The notes: generated from the letters alone by a model not told the origin. Shown: positions 30,841 through 40,373, numbered from the stretch's first letter. The stretch: 64,000 nucleotides of DNA from Burkholderiales bacterium (GCA_038324085.1 JBBQHP010000009.1:31376-95375); one strand, 5' to 3'. Program-made: numbers and translations.

Positions 30841-31757
30841 GCTGCGCTGTGGTGTTCGCGTATCACAACGTCGGCGTCCGCTGCCTGGCGGCACTGCTGG
30901 CCGGCGACATTGAGGTGGCGCTCGTGGTGACGCACCACGACGATCCGGACGAGAACATATGGTTCGACAGCGTGGCTGCGCTCGCGTCGCGGCACGGCCT
31001 CGAGACGATCGAACCGGACGTTCCGGATTTCGCCGGGATCGCGGACCGCGTCGCCGGGATCGCGCCCGATTTTCTGTTCTCGTTCTACTACCGACACATG
31101 CTCGGCCCGCGACTGCTGTCGCTCCCGAAACGCGGTGCGCTCAATATGCACGGCTCGTTGCTACCGAAATATCGGGGCCGCGTGCCGGTCAACTGGGCCG
31201 TCATCCGCGGCGAGCAGCAGACCGGCGCATCGCTGCACTACATGGTGGAGAAACCGGATGCCGGCGACCTGGTCGACCAGCAGGCGGTGCCGATCCTGCC
31301 CGACGATACCGCGCACGAGGTCTTCGACAAGGTCACCGTCGCCGCCGAGATGGTGCTGGTGCGCAACCTTCCGGGCCTCGTGGCCGGAACGGCGCCGCGC
31401 GTGGCACTGGATCTGAAATCGGGATCGTACTTCGGTGGCCGCAAGCCCGACGACGGCGCCATCGACTGGTCGCGCAGCGCCGCCGAAGTGCACAATCTGG
31501 TCCGGGGGGTGGCACCGCCTTACCCCGGTGCGTTCACGCTGCTCGACAGTCAGCGCGCACGGGTCCTGCGCACGACGTACCACTTCGCACCGACGCGGGA
31601 ACCCGCCGGCACCCTGTTCGTTGCCGGCGACCGCTTGTACGGCGCCTGCGGCGACGGCCGCGCCGTGCCGATCCTCGAGATCGAGATAGCCGGCTCGCCC
31701 TTCGACGCCCGCGCCTTTTGCCAACGCCACGGCCCACGCCTGCAAACCGCTGCCTGA
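30837..31757 (+). CDS. UDP-Ara4N formyltransferase (stand-alone ArnA N-terminal half)
   Basis: AVVFAYHNVG, FSFYYR, NMHGSLLPKYRGR, PPYPGAF. Confidence 0.9.
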   Translation: MSCAVVFAYHNVGVRCLAALLAGDIEVALVVTHHDDPDENIWFDSVAALASRHGLETIEPDVPDFAGIADRVAGIAPDFLFSFYYRHMLGPRLLSLPKRGALNMHGSLLPKYRGRVPVNWAVIRGEQQTGASLHYMVEKPDAGDLVDQQAVPILPDDTAHEVFDKVTVAAEMVLVRNLPGLVAGTAPRVALDLKSGSYFGGRKPDDGAIDWSRSAAEVHNLVRGVAPPYPGAFTLLDSQRARVLRTTYHFAPTREPAGTLFVAGDRLYGACGDGRAVPILEIEIAGSPFDARAFCQRHGPRLQTAA

Positions 31758-31766
31758 AAGTACCCC

Positions 31767-32810
31767 ATGAAGAAGATCCTCATCCTCGGCGTGAACGGTT
31801 TCATCGGCCATCACCTGTCCAAGCGCATCATCGAGACCACGCCGTGGGAGGTCTACGGCATGGACATGCAGAGCGAGCGCGTCGGCGATCTGGTCGAGCA
31901 CCCGCGCTTCCACTTCTTCGAAGGCGACATCACGATCAACAAGGAATGGATCGAGTATCACGTGCGCAAGTGCGACACGGTCCTTCCCCTGGTCGCGATC
32001 GCCACGCCAGCCACCTACGTGAAAGAGCCGTTACGCGTGTTCGAACTCGACTTCGAAGCCAATCTTCCAATCGTGCGGTGGGCGGTGAAATACGGCAAGC
32101 GCGTGCTCTTTCCCTCGACCTCCGAGGTCTATGGCATGTGCGACGACGCCGCGTTCGATCCGTATGCCTCGCAGCTCGTCATGGGGCCGATCGACAAGCA
32201 GCGCTGGATCTATGCGTGCAGCAAGCAGCTCATGGACCGTGTGATCTGGGCTTATGGCGCGCAACAGGGACTGGACTTCACGTTGTTCCGTCCGTTCAAC
32301 TGGATCGGGGCCGGCCTCGACAGCATCCACACGCCAAAGGAGGGCAGCTCGCGCGTGATCACCCAGTTCCTCGGGCACATCGTGCGCGGCGAAGATATCA
32401 AGCTGGTGGACGGCGGCCACCAGAAACGTGCCTTCACCTACGTCGAGGACGGCATCAATGCGCTCATGAAGATGATCGAGAACCGGAACGGCGTGGCGAG
32501 CGGCAAGATCTACAACGTGGGCAATCCGAGGAACAATTTCTCCGTGCGCGAACTCGCGCGCATGATGCTGGAGCTCGCACTGTCGTATCCCGAGTATCGC
32601 GACAGCGCCTCGAAGGTCAGCATGGTCGAGACCACCGCCTCGGACTACTACGGCAAGGGCTACCAGGACGTGCAGAATCGCGTACCCATGATCGACAACA
32701 CCTGCAGTGAACTCGACTGGGCGCCCAAGGTGGACATGTCGCAGGCGCTCCGTTACATATTCGAAGCCTACAAGGACGACGTGCCGGGAGCACGAGGACT
32801 GGTCGATTGA
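31767..32810 (+). CDS. arnA: UDP-glucuronate oxidase/decarboxylase (stand-alone ArnA C-terminal half)
   Basis: ILGVNGFIGHHL, PLVAIATP, FPSTSEVYG, RWIYACSK, GYQDV. Confidence 0.93.
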   Translation: MKKILILGVNGFIGHHLSKRIIETTPWEVYGMDMQSERVGDLVEHPRFHFFEGDITINKEWIEYHVRKCDTVLPLVAIATPATYVKEPLRVFELDFEANLPIVRWAVKYGKRVLFPSTSEVYGMCDDAAFDPYASQLVMGPIDKQRWIYACSKQLMDRVIWAYGAQQGLDFTLFRPFNWIGAGLDSIHTPKEGSSRVITQFLGHIVRGEDIKLVDGGHQKRAFTYVEDGINALMKMIENRNGVASGKIYNVGNPRNNFSVRELARMMLELALSYPEYRDSASKVSMVETTASDYYGKGYQDVQNRVPMIDNTCSELDWAPKVDMSQALRYIFEAYKDDVPGARGLVD

Positions 32811-33727
32811 AACTGGCCCTGAAGATCGACGTCGATACCTATCGCGGAACGCGCGACGGCGTGCCGCGCCTGACCGAGATACTGAAGCGGCATGGCGTCG
32901 GCGCCACGTTTCTCTTCAGCCTCGGCCCGGACCACACCGGGCGCGCGATAAAACGGCTCTTCCGCCCGGGCTTCGCGCGCAAGGTGCGGCGCACATCGGT
33001 GGTATCCCACTACGGACCGATCACGCTCATGTACGGCACGGTGCTGCCGGGGCCCGACATCGGTCGGCGTTGCGCCGACATCTTGCGGTCGGTGCGCGAT
33101 TCAGGCTTCGAAGCCGGGGTGCACACCTGGGATCACGTCCGCTGGCAGGACGGCGTGGCCGCTGCCGACGAGGCCTGGACGCAGCGGGAGATGGAGCTGG
33201 CCTGCAACCGCTTCACCGATGTGTTCAAGGAACCCCCGCGGGTCCATGGCGCGGCGGGATGGCAGATGAACCGACATGCCTATCGCCTCACGCAGCGGCT
33301 GGGCTTCGACTACTGCTCCGACACCCGGGGAACCCATCCCTTCATCCCGCTGTACGAGGCCGAGATCATCGCTTGTCCGCAGCTCCCGACGACGCTGCCG
33401 ACGCTGGATGAGCTGATCGGTGTCGGCGATATCACCGCAGCAAACGTGGCCGAACGGCTACTCGCCCTCACCGGGGAGAGCAGCCCTTCAGGGCACGTCT
33501 ACACGTTGCACGCCGAGCTGGAGGGCGGTAACCTCGCGCCCGCATTCGAGGCTCTGCTCGCTGGCTGGAAGGATCAGGGCCACGAGATGGTCAGCCTGCG
33601 CGACTACTTCGACACTCTGCCCACCCGCGATTTGCCACGTCACGACGTGGCCCGCGGTGCTGTCGCAGGGCGCAGCGGTGAGCTCGCACTGCAGGGCCCC
33701 GAGTTTCTCGTGGCGCAGTCGGCGTGA
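32807..33727 (+). CDS. arnD: Ara4FN deformylase ArnD (polysaccharide deacetylase fold)
   Basis: LKIDVDTYRGT, SLGPD, HTWDH, PTLDE, YTLHAELEG; TTG start overlapping the previous stop. Confidence 0.9.
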   Translation: MKLALKIDVDTYRGTRDGVPRLTEILKRHGVGATFLFSLGPDHTGRAIKRLFRPGFARKVRRTSVVSHYGPITLMYGTVLPGPDIGRRCADILRSVRDSGFEAGVHTWDHVRWQDGVAAADEAWTQREMELACNRFTDVFKEPPRVHGAAGWQMNRHAYRLTQRLGFDYCSDTRGTHPFIPLYEAEIIACPQLPTTLPTLDELIGVGDITAANVAERLLALTGESSPSGHVYTLHAELEGGNLAPAFEALLAGWKDQGHEMVSLRDYFDTLPTRDLPRHDVARGAVAGRSGELALQGPEFLVAQSA

Positions 33728-33803
33728 ATCGCGATTGCATCGGAGCGACGGATTGGCAACAATCCGCATCGGGGTCCGAACAATACCAAAATTCGAGGAT
33801 GAC

Positions 33804-34268
33804 ATGATGTTGGAGAATCTGGCCGTGCCCGATTTCGAGATCCCCGCGACCGGCGGAAGACCGTTCCGGCTGTCCGCGCACCAGGGCCATCCGCTGGTGA
33901 TCTATTTCTATCCGAAGGATGACACACCGGGTTGCACCACGGAAGGCACGCAATTCCGCGACCTGCTTCCGGAATACCGCAAGCTCAGATGCGAGGTTTT
34001 CGGCCTGTCGCGCGATTCGCTCGCATCGCACGAGCGCTTCAAGGCAAAGATGGGGTTCAATTTCGAACTGTTGTCGGACGCCGACGAAACAGTCTGCAAC
34101 ATGTTCGGTGTCATGAAGATGAAGAACATGTACGGCAAGCAGGTACGAGGCGTGGAGCGCAGCACCTTTCTCATCGACTCGGACGGCGTCGTGCGCCAGG
34201 AATGGCGGGGGGTGAAAGTCCCGGGCCATGCCGATGAAGTCCTTGCCGCCGTGAAGGCTCTGGGCTGA
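33804..34268 (+). CDS. bcp: Peroxiredoxin Bcp/PrxQ
   Basis: YFYPKDDTPGCTTE, LLSD, ERSTFLID. Confidence 0.93.
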   Translation: MMLENLAVPDFEIPATGGRPFRLSAHQGHPLVIYFYPKDDTPGCTTEGTQFRDLLPEYRKLRCEVFGLSRDSLASHERFKAKMGFNFELLSDADETVCNMFGVMKMKNMYGKQVRGVERSTFLIDSDGVVRQEWRGVKVPGHADEVLAAVKALG

Positions 34269-34381
34269 CGGAACCTCGAGCGCCGACCCGCAATTTGAGA
34301 CGAAGATCCCGCTATCGAGTCTGGCCGGAACCGGAGCCCGGCGATCCGTGCCGCCGCGCGCCGGATTGCGCTTCGATCAGG

Positions 34382-34428
34382 AACGCCGCCGCGAGCCCCC
34401 GCTCCGGCGGCGTTTCCGTTTCAACTTT
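34382..34428 (+). terminator. Terminator-like hairpin between bcp and the PhoH gene
   Basis: aacgccgccg(c)gagc-cccc-gctc-cggcggcgtt followed by a T-rich tail. Confidence 0.55.
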
Positions 34429-34452
34429 CCCAGCAGAGGACGCCTCTCAACC

Positions 34453-35877
34453 ATGATCCAGAAGAAATCCGCCGGGGTCGTGACTCGTCTGAAGACGGCC
34501 GCGACCAAATTGTTCGTGCTCGACACCAACGTGCTGATGCACGATCCGACCAGCCTGTTCCGCTTCGAGGAACACGATGTCTTCCTGCCCATGGCGACGC
34601 TGGAAGAACTCGACGCCAACAAGAAGGGCATGTCGGAAGTGGCGCGCAACGCCCGCCAGGCGAGTCGCACGCTGGACGAGATCGTGAGCCGCAGCGCCGA
34701 GGACATCCACCTGGGTTTCGCGCTGGACGTGCACGGCAAGGATGCGAGCGGCCGTTTGTTCCTGCAGACCGAAGCGATCTCCGCCGAGCTTCCGGCACGA
34801 CTGCCGGCGGGCAAGGCGGACAACCAGATCATCGGCGTCGTGAAGCACCTGCAGGAGACGCATGCGCCGCGCGACGTGATCCTCGTGTCGAAAGACATCA
34901 ACATGCGCATCAAGGCCCGCGCGCTGGGCCTTCCGGCCGAGGACTACTTCAACGACAAGGTGCTGGAGGATACGGACCTCCTCTACACCGGCGTGACCGC
35001 GCTGACCGAAGACTTCTGGGATCGGCACGGCAAGGACATGGAGACGTGGCAGCAGAACGGGCACACGTTCTACCGCGTGCACGGCCCGAAGTGCGCGAAT
35101 TTCCTGGTCAATGAATTCGTCTATCAGGAGGGCGACCGGCCCTTCTACGCTCAGGTGAAGGAAGTGAGCGGAAAGACCGCGGTCCTGATGCTGATCCGCG
35201 ACTACACGCACTCCAAGTTCTCGGTCTGGGGCATCACCGCCCGCAACCGCGAGCAGAATTTCGCGCTCAATCTGCTGATGAATCCGGACATCGATTTCGT
35301 CACTCTGCTGGGTCAGGCAGGAACCGGCAAGACCCTGCTGACTCTTGCGGCGGGGCTCACGCAGATACTCGACGAGCCGCGCTACCAGGAGATCATCATG
35401 ACGCGGGTGACCGTTCCCGTCGGCGAGGACATCGGCTTCCTGCCCGGAACCGAGGAGGAAAAGATGACGCCGTGGATGGGCGCGCTGGACGACAACCTCG
35501 ACGTGCTCAACCACACCGACGACGAGGCCGGCGAGTGGGGGCGCGCCGCAACCCGCGATCTGATCCGCTCCCGCATCAAGGTGAAGTCGCTCAACTTCAT
35601 GCGCGGCCGGACCTTCATCAAGAAATTCCTCATCATCGACGAGGCACAGAACCTGACGCCGAAGCAGATGAAGACCCTGATCACGCGCGCCGGTCCCGGC
35701 ACGAAGGTCGTGTGCCTCGGCAACATCGCGCAGATCGACACGCCCTATCTGACGGAGGGCAGCTCGGGCCTGACCTACGTCGTCGATCGATTCAAGGGCT
35801 GGGCGCACGGCGGTCACATCACGTTGCAGCGCGGCGAGCGTTCGCGCCTGGCGGACCACGCCGGTGAAGTGCTCTAG
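34453..35877 (+). CDS. PhoH family protein with N-terminal PIN domain (PhoH2/YbeZ-like)
   Basis: FVLDTNVLMHDP, ADNQI, SKDINMRIKA, GQAGTGKT, RGRT, DEAQN. Confidence 0.93.
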   Translation: MIQKKSAGVVTRLKTAATKLFVLDTNVLMHDPTSLFRFEEHDVFLPMATLEELDANKKGMSEVARNARQASRTLDEIVSRSAEDIHLGFALDVHGKDASGRLFLQTEAISAELPARLPAGKADNQIIGVVKHLQETHAPRDVILVSKDINMRIKARALGLPAEDYFNDKVLEDTDLLYTGVTALTEDFWDRHGKDMETWQQNGHTFYRVHGPKCANFLVNEFVYQEGDRPFYAQVKEVSGKTAVLMLIRDYTHSKFSVWGITARNREQNFALNLLMNPDIDFVTLLGQAGTGKTLLTLAAGLTQILDEPRYQEIIMTRVTVPVGEDIGFLPGTEEEKMTPWMGALDDNLDVLNHTDDEAGEWGRAATRDLIRSRIKVKSLNFMRGRTFIKKFLIIDEAQNLTPKQMKTLITRAGPGTKVVCLGNIAQIDTPYLTEGSSGLTYVVDRFKGWAHGGHITLQRGERSRLADHAGEVL

Positions 35878-36015
35878 CGGCCTCATGAAACACGCCCTCG
35901 GGTCATCGGGGGCTGTCTCCGGCTGCGCCGGCGCGCACCCGCCCGTCGATCGCCTCGCTGCGGGAACAGTGCCCGCTGGCGCCAGCTATCCACTCCACCG
36001 GCTCGAAGGTGTCCC

Positions 36016-36678
36016 ATGAACTGTCCGCACGCCGTCCTGCTGTGCCTCGTATCCCTGAGCCCATTGGTCGCGGCGGCGTGCGAGCGACCGTTGATCGTCG
36101 AAGACGCCAAGGCAATGCAGGTGCGTGCCTTCTTCCAGGCCGAGCACAAGAAGGTGGTCACCTTCCTGGGCTATTCGGGTGCGGGGTACGAAGACCGCGC
36201 GGCAATGCTGCAGCGGGCCGCAGGGGTGCTCGACCGCTACCAGCCGGCCTCGACGATCGTCAACATCGGGGCCACTCCCGAGGGCATCGGCGCGGTCTAC
36301 GAGATCGCAAAGCAGAAGGGGTTTCGGACCGCCGGTGTGGTTTCCTCCCAGGCTCGCGACAGCAACACGGCGCTGGCGCCATGCGTCGACGTCGTCTTCT
36401 ATGTGCAAGACGCCACCTGGGGTGGATTCCTGCCCGGCACTCTTCGACTGTCGCCGACATCGGCCGCCATGATCGAGAACAGCGACGTGGTCGTCGCGAT
36501 CGGCGGTGGGGCGGTGGCCCGCGACGAACTCATGGTTGCCCGCAAGGCGGGCAAGAAGACCCGCTTCTTCCCGGCCGACATGGACCATCACCTGGCCATC
36601 GAGAAGGCCGGGCGGAACGGACAGCGCGCGCCGACGGATTTTCGTGGGGCGGCGGGAATCGCATTCCGCAAACGCTGA
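36016..36678 (+). CDS. Hypothetical exported protein with SLOG/LOG-like Rossmann fold
   Basis: Hydrophobic N-terminus ending VAAAC; VVTFLGYSG, IVNIGATPEGIGAVYEIAK..G..TAGV, SDVVVAIGGGAVARDE. Confidence 0.7.
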   Translation: MNCPHAVLLCLVSLSPLVAAACERPLIVEDAKAMQVRAFFQAEHKKVVTFLGYSGAGYEDRAAMLQRAAGVLDRYQPASTIVNIGATPEGIGAVYEIAKQKGFRTAGVVSSQARDSNTALAPCVDVVFYVQDATWGGFLPGTLRLSPTSAAMIENSDVVVAIGGGAVARDELMVARKAGKKTRFFPADMDHHLAIEKAGRNGQRAPTDFRGAAGIAFRKR

Positions 36679-36758
36679 CGAGCAGCGCTCGCAATCAAGC
36701 CACGGCCCCGCTGCAGCAGATGTCGGCCTGAACGCCGTGGGATCGGCCCGATTCGCGC

Positions 36759-37181
36759 TCAGCTCGTGGTCGTTGCCACTTCCTGCGCGGTATCGAAGTT
36801 CTGCGCCTTCAGCCATTGCGTGAGCATGGTGTCCATCGTGCCGGCATGGCTTCGGAACCAGGCAGCCAGCTCGCTCGCCAGAACTTTGCCGACATTGAAC
36901 TTGCCTTCGGCGACGTAGTCACGCGTTTCGCGCATGGCTCCGAGCACGCCGGCATGTTCGTCGAGATGGCAGTGCGTGGGCGGGAAATTGGTCGCCGCCA
37001 TCCATCGCTGCTCCTGCCCGAAATGCTCTTCGGTGTGCGCGATCAACGCATCGACGCAAGCAAGCATCGTCTCATCGGCAGCATCGCCGACGGCATTGAC
37101 GAGCTCGACGAATTCACGATGGGTATCGTCGACACGTGCGTCGCCGAGTACGAGTTCTGGGGTCCAGTCGAGGGTTGCCAC
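36759..37181 (-). CDS. Single-domain bacteriohemerythrin
   Basis: W..ELVLGD..VDDTH, HTEEHFGQE, HLDEH, WFRSH...MD. Confidence 0.88.
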   Translation of the reverse strand: MATLDWTPELVLGDARVDDTHREFVELVNAVGDAADETMLACVDALIAHTEEHFGQEQRWMAATNFPPTHCHLDEHAGVLGAMRETRDYVAEGKFNVGKVLASELAAWFRSHAGTMDTMLTQWLKAQNFDTAQEVATTTS

Positions 37182-37250
37182 GATGCGATCCTTTGTTCCG
37201 TTGAATTCCGGTGCCGGAAACCCGAAAGCTCGCCGATGGCGGACGATTCG

Positions 37251-38639
37251 TCAATAGCGGCCCGGGTCGGCATAGTTCTCGAAGCGGGTGTTCTCGCCTC
37301 TGAAGGTAAGCTTAACCGTCCCGATCGGCCCGTTTCGCTGCTTGCCGATGATGATCTCGGCGATGCCCTTGTCCGAACTGTCCGGGTTGTAGACCTCGTC
37401 GCGATAGATGAACAGGATCAGGTCCGCGTCCTGCTCGATGGCTCCCGATTCGCGCAGATCCGACATCACCGGGCGCTTGTTGGGGCGCTGTTCGAGGCTG
37501 CGGTTCAGTTGCGAAAGCGCAACGACGGGAACGTTGAGCTCCTTCGCGAGCGCCTTCAGCGAGCGCGAGATCTCGGAGATCTCGGTAGCGCGATTCTCGC
37601 CACTGCCGGTGGCGGACATGAGCTGCAGGTAGTCGACGACGATCAGGCCCAGCTTGCCGTACTGGCGATGCAAGCGCCGTGCTCGCGCGCGAACCTCCAG
37701 GGCGTTCAGTGCGGCGCTCTCGTCGATCTGGATCGGCGCGTCGTTCAGGCGGCCGACCGCCTGCGTGAGCCGCTGCCAGTCGTCGTCCAGCAGGCGCCCG
37801 CTGCGCAGGCGGTGCTGATCGAGGCGACCGAGCGAGCCGAGCAGACGCATGGCGAGCTGCGTCGCAGCCATCTCCATCGAGAAGATCGCGACCGGCAGCC
37901 CGGCATCGAGCGCGACGTGCTCCGCGATGTTCAGCGACAGGGCGGTCTTGCCCATGGAAGGACGCCCCGCGATGATGACAAGGTCCCCGGGCTGCAGACC
38001 GGAGGTCTTCTCGTCGAGATCGCTGTACCCGGTCGGCACGCCGGTAACGTCGTTCGGATTGTCGCGGTTGTAGAGCATGTCGATGCGTTCCACCACCTTG
38101 GTGAGCAGGGGCGGCATCGGGATGAATCCATCCTTGCCGCGGGCGCCCTGCTCGGCGATCTCGAAGACCTTGGATTCGGCCTGGTCCAGCAACTGGCTCG
38201 CATCGCGACCGTGCGGGTTGTAAGCCGAGTCGGCGATTTCGGTGCCGACTTCGGCCAGACGCCGCGTGATGCTCTTCTCGCGCACGATCTCTGCGTAGCG
38301 ACGAATGTTCGCGGCGGAAGGCGTGTTCTGCGCCAATGCGGCGAGGTAGGACAGACCACCGGCGTTGACCAGTTCCGCGCTCCGCTCGAGGCTCTCGGAT
38401 ACTGTCAGCACATCGGCCGGCTTCGACGTCTCGATCAATCGCGAGATATGGCGGTAGATGAGCCGATGGTCGGCGCGATAGAAATCGCTCTCCGACATCA
38501 GGTCGCCTATGCGATCCCAGGCGGAGTTCTCGAGCAGCAATCCGCCCAGGACCGACTGCTCTGCCTCCACGGAATTGGGCGGCATTCGGATGTGACTCAG
38601 GGCGGGATCGGGATGGAGGGGGGTGACAGCCTGGGCCAT
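37251..38639 (-). CDS. dnaB: Replicative DNA helicase
   Basis: PPNSVEAEQSVLG, AGRPSMGKT, VDYLQLM, SDLRESGAIEQDAD, KQRNGP; no intein. Confidence 0.98.
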   Translation of the reverse strand: MAQAVTPLHPDPALSHIRMPPNSVEAEQSVLGGLLLENSAWDRIGDLMSESDFYRADHRLIYRHISRLIETSKPADVLTVSESLERSAELVNAGGLSYLAALAQNTPSAANIRRYAEIVREKSITRRLAEVGTEIADSAYNPHGRDASQLLDQAESKVFEIAEQGARGKDGFIPMPPLLTKVVERIDMLYNRDNPNDVTGVPTGYSDLDEKTSGLQPGDLVIIAGRPSMGKTALSLNIAEHVALDAGLPVAIFSMEMAATQLAMRLLGSLGRLDQHRLRSGRLLDDDWQRLTQAVGRLNDAPIQIDESAALNALEVRARARRLHRQYGKLGLIVVDYLQLMSATGSGENRATEISEISRSLKALAKELNVPVVALSQLNRSLEQRPNKRPVMSDLRESGAIEQDADLILFIYRDEVYNPDSSDKGIAEIIIGKQRNGPIGTVKLTFRGENTRFENYADPGRY

Positions 38640-38704
38640 GTATGCTTTGGACGTTGCGCTACGGACAATCGGGATCGCTCGGGGTCGATTCTAACGCCGC
38701 ACCC

Positions 38705-38736
38705 AAAACCAAAGGGCCGCTCGCGCGGCCCTTTGG
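38705..38736 (-). terminator. Intrinsic terminator after rplI
   Basis: ccaaagggccgc-tcgc-gcggccctttgg 12-bp stem followed by TTTT on the minus strand. Confidence 0.85.
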
Positions 38737-38759
38737 GTCAGGTTCATTGCGTCGGCCCG

Positions 38760-39209
38760 TCAGGCTTCGCCCAGGACAGAAACCGTGATCGTTGCCTGCA
38801 CTTCCGCATGCAGCGTCACGACCAGGGGATGATCGCCGATTTGCTTGAGCGGACCGTCAGGCATGCGGATATCGCCCTTGTCGATCTCGATGCCCTGCGC
38901 TTTCAGCACCTCGGCGATATCGTTGTTCGTGACCGAGCCGAACAACCGCCCGTCGACACCGGCCTTCTGCGTGACCTGAACCATCATGCCTTCGAGCTTT
39001 TCCGCCTTGGCCGTCGCGGCATTGAGCGTCGCGGCCTGCGCTTTTTCGAGCTCCGCGCGGCGCTGCTCGAACTCTGCCAGGTTGGCCTCGTTCGCACGTT
39101 TGGCCTTGCCCTTCGGGATCAGGAAGTTGCGCGCATAGCCGTTCTTGACATTGACTACGTCGCCCAGCTGACCGAGGTTCGCCACCTTCTCCAGGAGAAT
39201 GATCTGCAT
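38760..39209 (-). CDS. rplI: 50S ribosomal protein L9
   Basis: [36 protein letters not shown]. Confidence 0.98.
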   Translation of the reverse strand: MQIILLEKVANLGQLGDVVNVKNGYARNFLIPKGKAKRANEANLAEFEQRRAELEKAQAATLNAATAKAEKLEGMMVQVTQKAGVDGRLFGSVTNNDIAEVLKAQGIEIDKGDIRMPDGPLKQIGDHPLVVTLHAEVQATITVSVLGEA

Positions 39210-39222
39210 GTCGATGCTCCTG

Positions 39223-39498
39223 TCAGTGCAGGTCGGTGTACGGCAGCAACGCCAGGAAACGCGCGCGCTTGACCGCGACCGACAACTGGCGCTGGTAATG
39301 CATCTTGGTGCCGGTGATGCGGGCGGGAATGATTTTCCCGTTCTCGTTGATGAAATCCTTAAGGATCTCGATGTCCTTGTAGTCCACTTCCTTGATCTTC
39401 TCCGCGGTAAAGCGGCAGAACTTGCGGCGCTTGAACAGCGGGCGCGAGCCCTTGTCGTCGCGTTTGCGATCCTTACCCTTGCCTCGGCCGAATGCCAT
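39223..39498 (-). CDS. rpsR: 30S ribosomal protein S18
   Basis: [32 protein letters not shown]. Confidence 0.98.
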   Translation of the reverse strand: MAFGRGKGKDRKRDDKGSRPLFKRRKFCRFTAEKIKEVDYKDIEILKDFINENGKIIPARITGTKMHYQRQLSVAVKRARFLALLPYTDLH

Positions 39499-39508
39499 GT
39501 TCGTATCC

Positions 39509-39805
39509 TCAGAAAATCTGCAATGTCTCGATATGTATCACGGGCCATTCGCTCTTCAGACTGGCCCGCGCCAGAAAACCTTCCACCCTGACCTGCACTC
39601 CGGATTCGAGCTGCCTGGCCTGCTCGGCCAACGCTCCCAGTGCCACGATGGTCATCGCTACTTCCACGCGGCGCGGCATCGAAGCTTCCTCGAGGACCGA
39701 CTCGTGTCTTACGGTGAACCTCACGGAGGCGACACCTGCCGGCGACATCCGCATCGGTTCGACCGCTTCGACGCGGCCCTGGAGCTCGACCTTGTTGCTC
39801 GCCAC
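39509..39805 (-). CDS. priB: Primosomal replication protein PriB
   Basis: R.SPAGV, HES..EEA..PR, GFLA; position between rpsF and rpsR. Confidence 0.88.
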   Translation of the reverse strand: MASNKVELQGRVEAVEPMRMSPAGVASVRFTVRHESVLEEASMPRRVEVAMTIVALGALAEQARQLESGVQVRVEGFLARASLKSEWPVIHIETLQIF

Positions 39806-39820
39806 CCGCCGTGAAGGGCG

Positions 39821-40234
39821 CTAGGTGGCTGCCGTCTCCGTTTCAGCCGCAGGCTCCGCAGCCGGCTTGGACTCGCCCTCGGCGGGTACCTGCGGTGCAG
39901 TCAGCGACTTGGCTTTCTCTTCCTTCATCATCGGCGACGGAGCCACTTCGGCCTCGCGCTTCTGAACGGTGAGGTGACGGAGCACGGCGTCGTTGAACTT
40001 GAATGCGTGCTCGAGTTCTTCGAGCGTCTCGCGATCGCACTCGAGGTTCATCAAGACGTAGTGCGCCTTGTGCATCTTCTGGATCGGGTAGGCCATCTGC
40101 CGACGACCCCAGTCCTCCAGGCGATGGATGCGCCCGCTCTTCGCCTGCACCATCGTCCGGTAGCGCTCGATCATCGCGGGGACCTGCTCGCTCTGGTCGG
40201 GATGGACGATAAAAACGATCTCGTAATGCCGCAT
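39821..40234 (-). CDS. rpsF: 30S ribosomal protein S6
   Basis: [39 protein letters not shown]. Confidence 0.98.
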   Translation of the reverse strand: MRHYEIVFIVHPDQSEQVPAMIERYRTMVQAKSGRIHRLEDWGRRQMAYPIQKMHKAHYVLMNLECDRETLEELEHAFKFNDAVLRHLTVQKREAEVAPSPMMKEEKAKSLTAPQVPAEGESKPAAEPAAETETAAT

Positions 40235-40239
40235 GAAGT

Positions 40240-40287
40240 CTCCTTCTGGGTTGTAGCCCCCCGGCATGCGCGTCCGGTGGAGCAAGG
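40240..40287 (-). ncRNA. Candidate S6:S18 ribosomal leader (autoregulatory element)
   Basis: CCTT/AAGG stem covering the SD, GCTCC/GGGGC and CCGG/CCGG stems, internal loop with CCC next to the SD. Confidence 0.6.
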
Positions 40288-40335
40288 TCTGGGGCCGACC
40301 GCCATTGACTGCGCCAGCCCGGAAAAGCAGGCGAT

Positions 40336-40363
40336 GTTATACGAAAAAACCTCGTTCGAACAA
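40336..40363 (-). promoter_or_regulatory. Candidate sigma70 promoter of the rpsF operon
   Basis: TTGTTC-N16-TATAAC. Confidence 0.45.
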
Positions 40364-40373
40364 GCCTTTTGGG

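Noticed and set aside
30837-32810. arnA broken by a frameshift or nonsense mutation (pseudogene)
   Set aside because: Both halves are complete domains with their own starts, and the split form is normal in Burkholderia-type clusters.
33804-34268. Selenocysteine (UGA) recoding in Bcp or other redox genes
   Set aside because: Catalytic residues are ordinary Cys codons, and no gene appears truncated at an in-frame TGA.
37251-38639. Intein in DnaB
   Set aside because: The 462-aa protein is of normal length with contiguous helicase motifs.
36816-39272. Very long antisense and alternate-frame ORFs (818 aa here; similar ones over typA, rnr, phoH, hflK, arnT)
   Set aside because: They are shadows of well-conserved genes in high-GC DNA with few stop codons and show no recognisable motifs.
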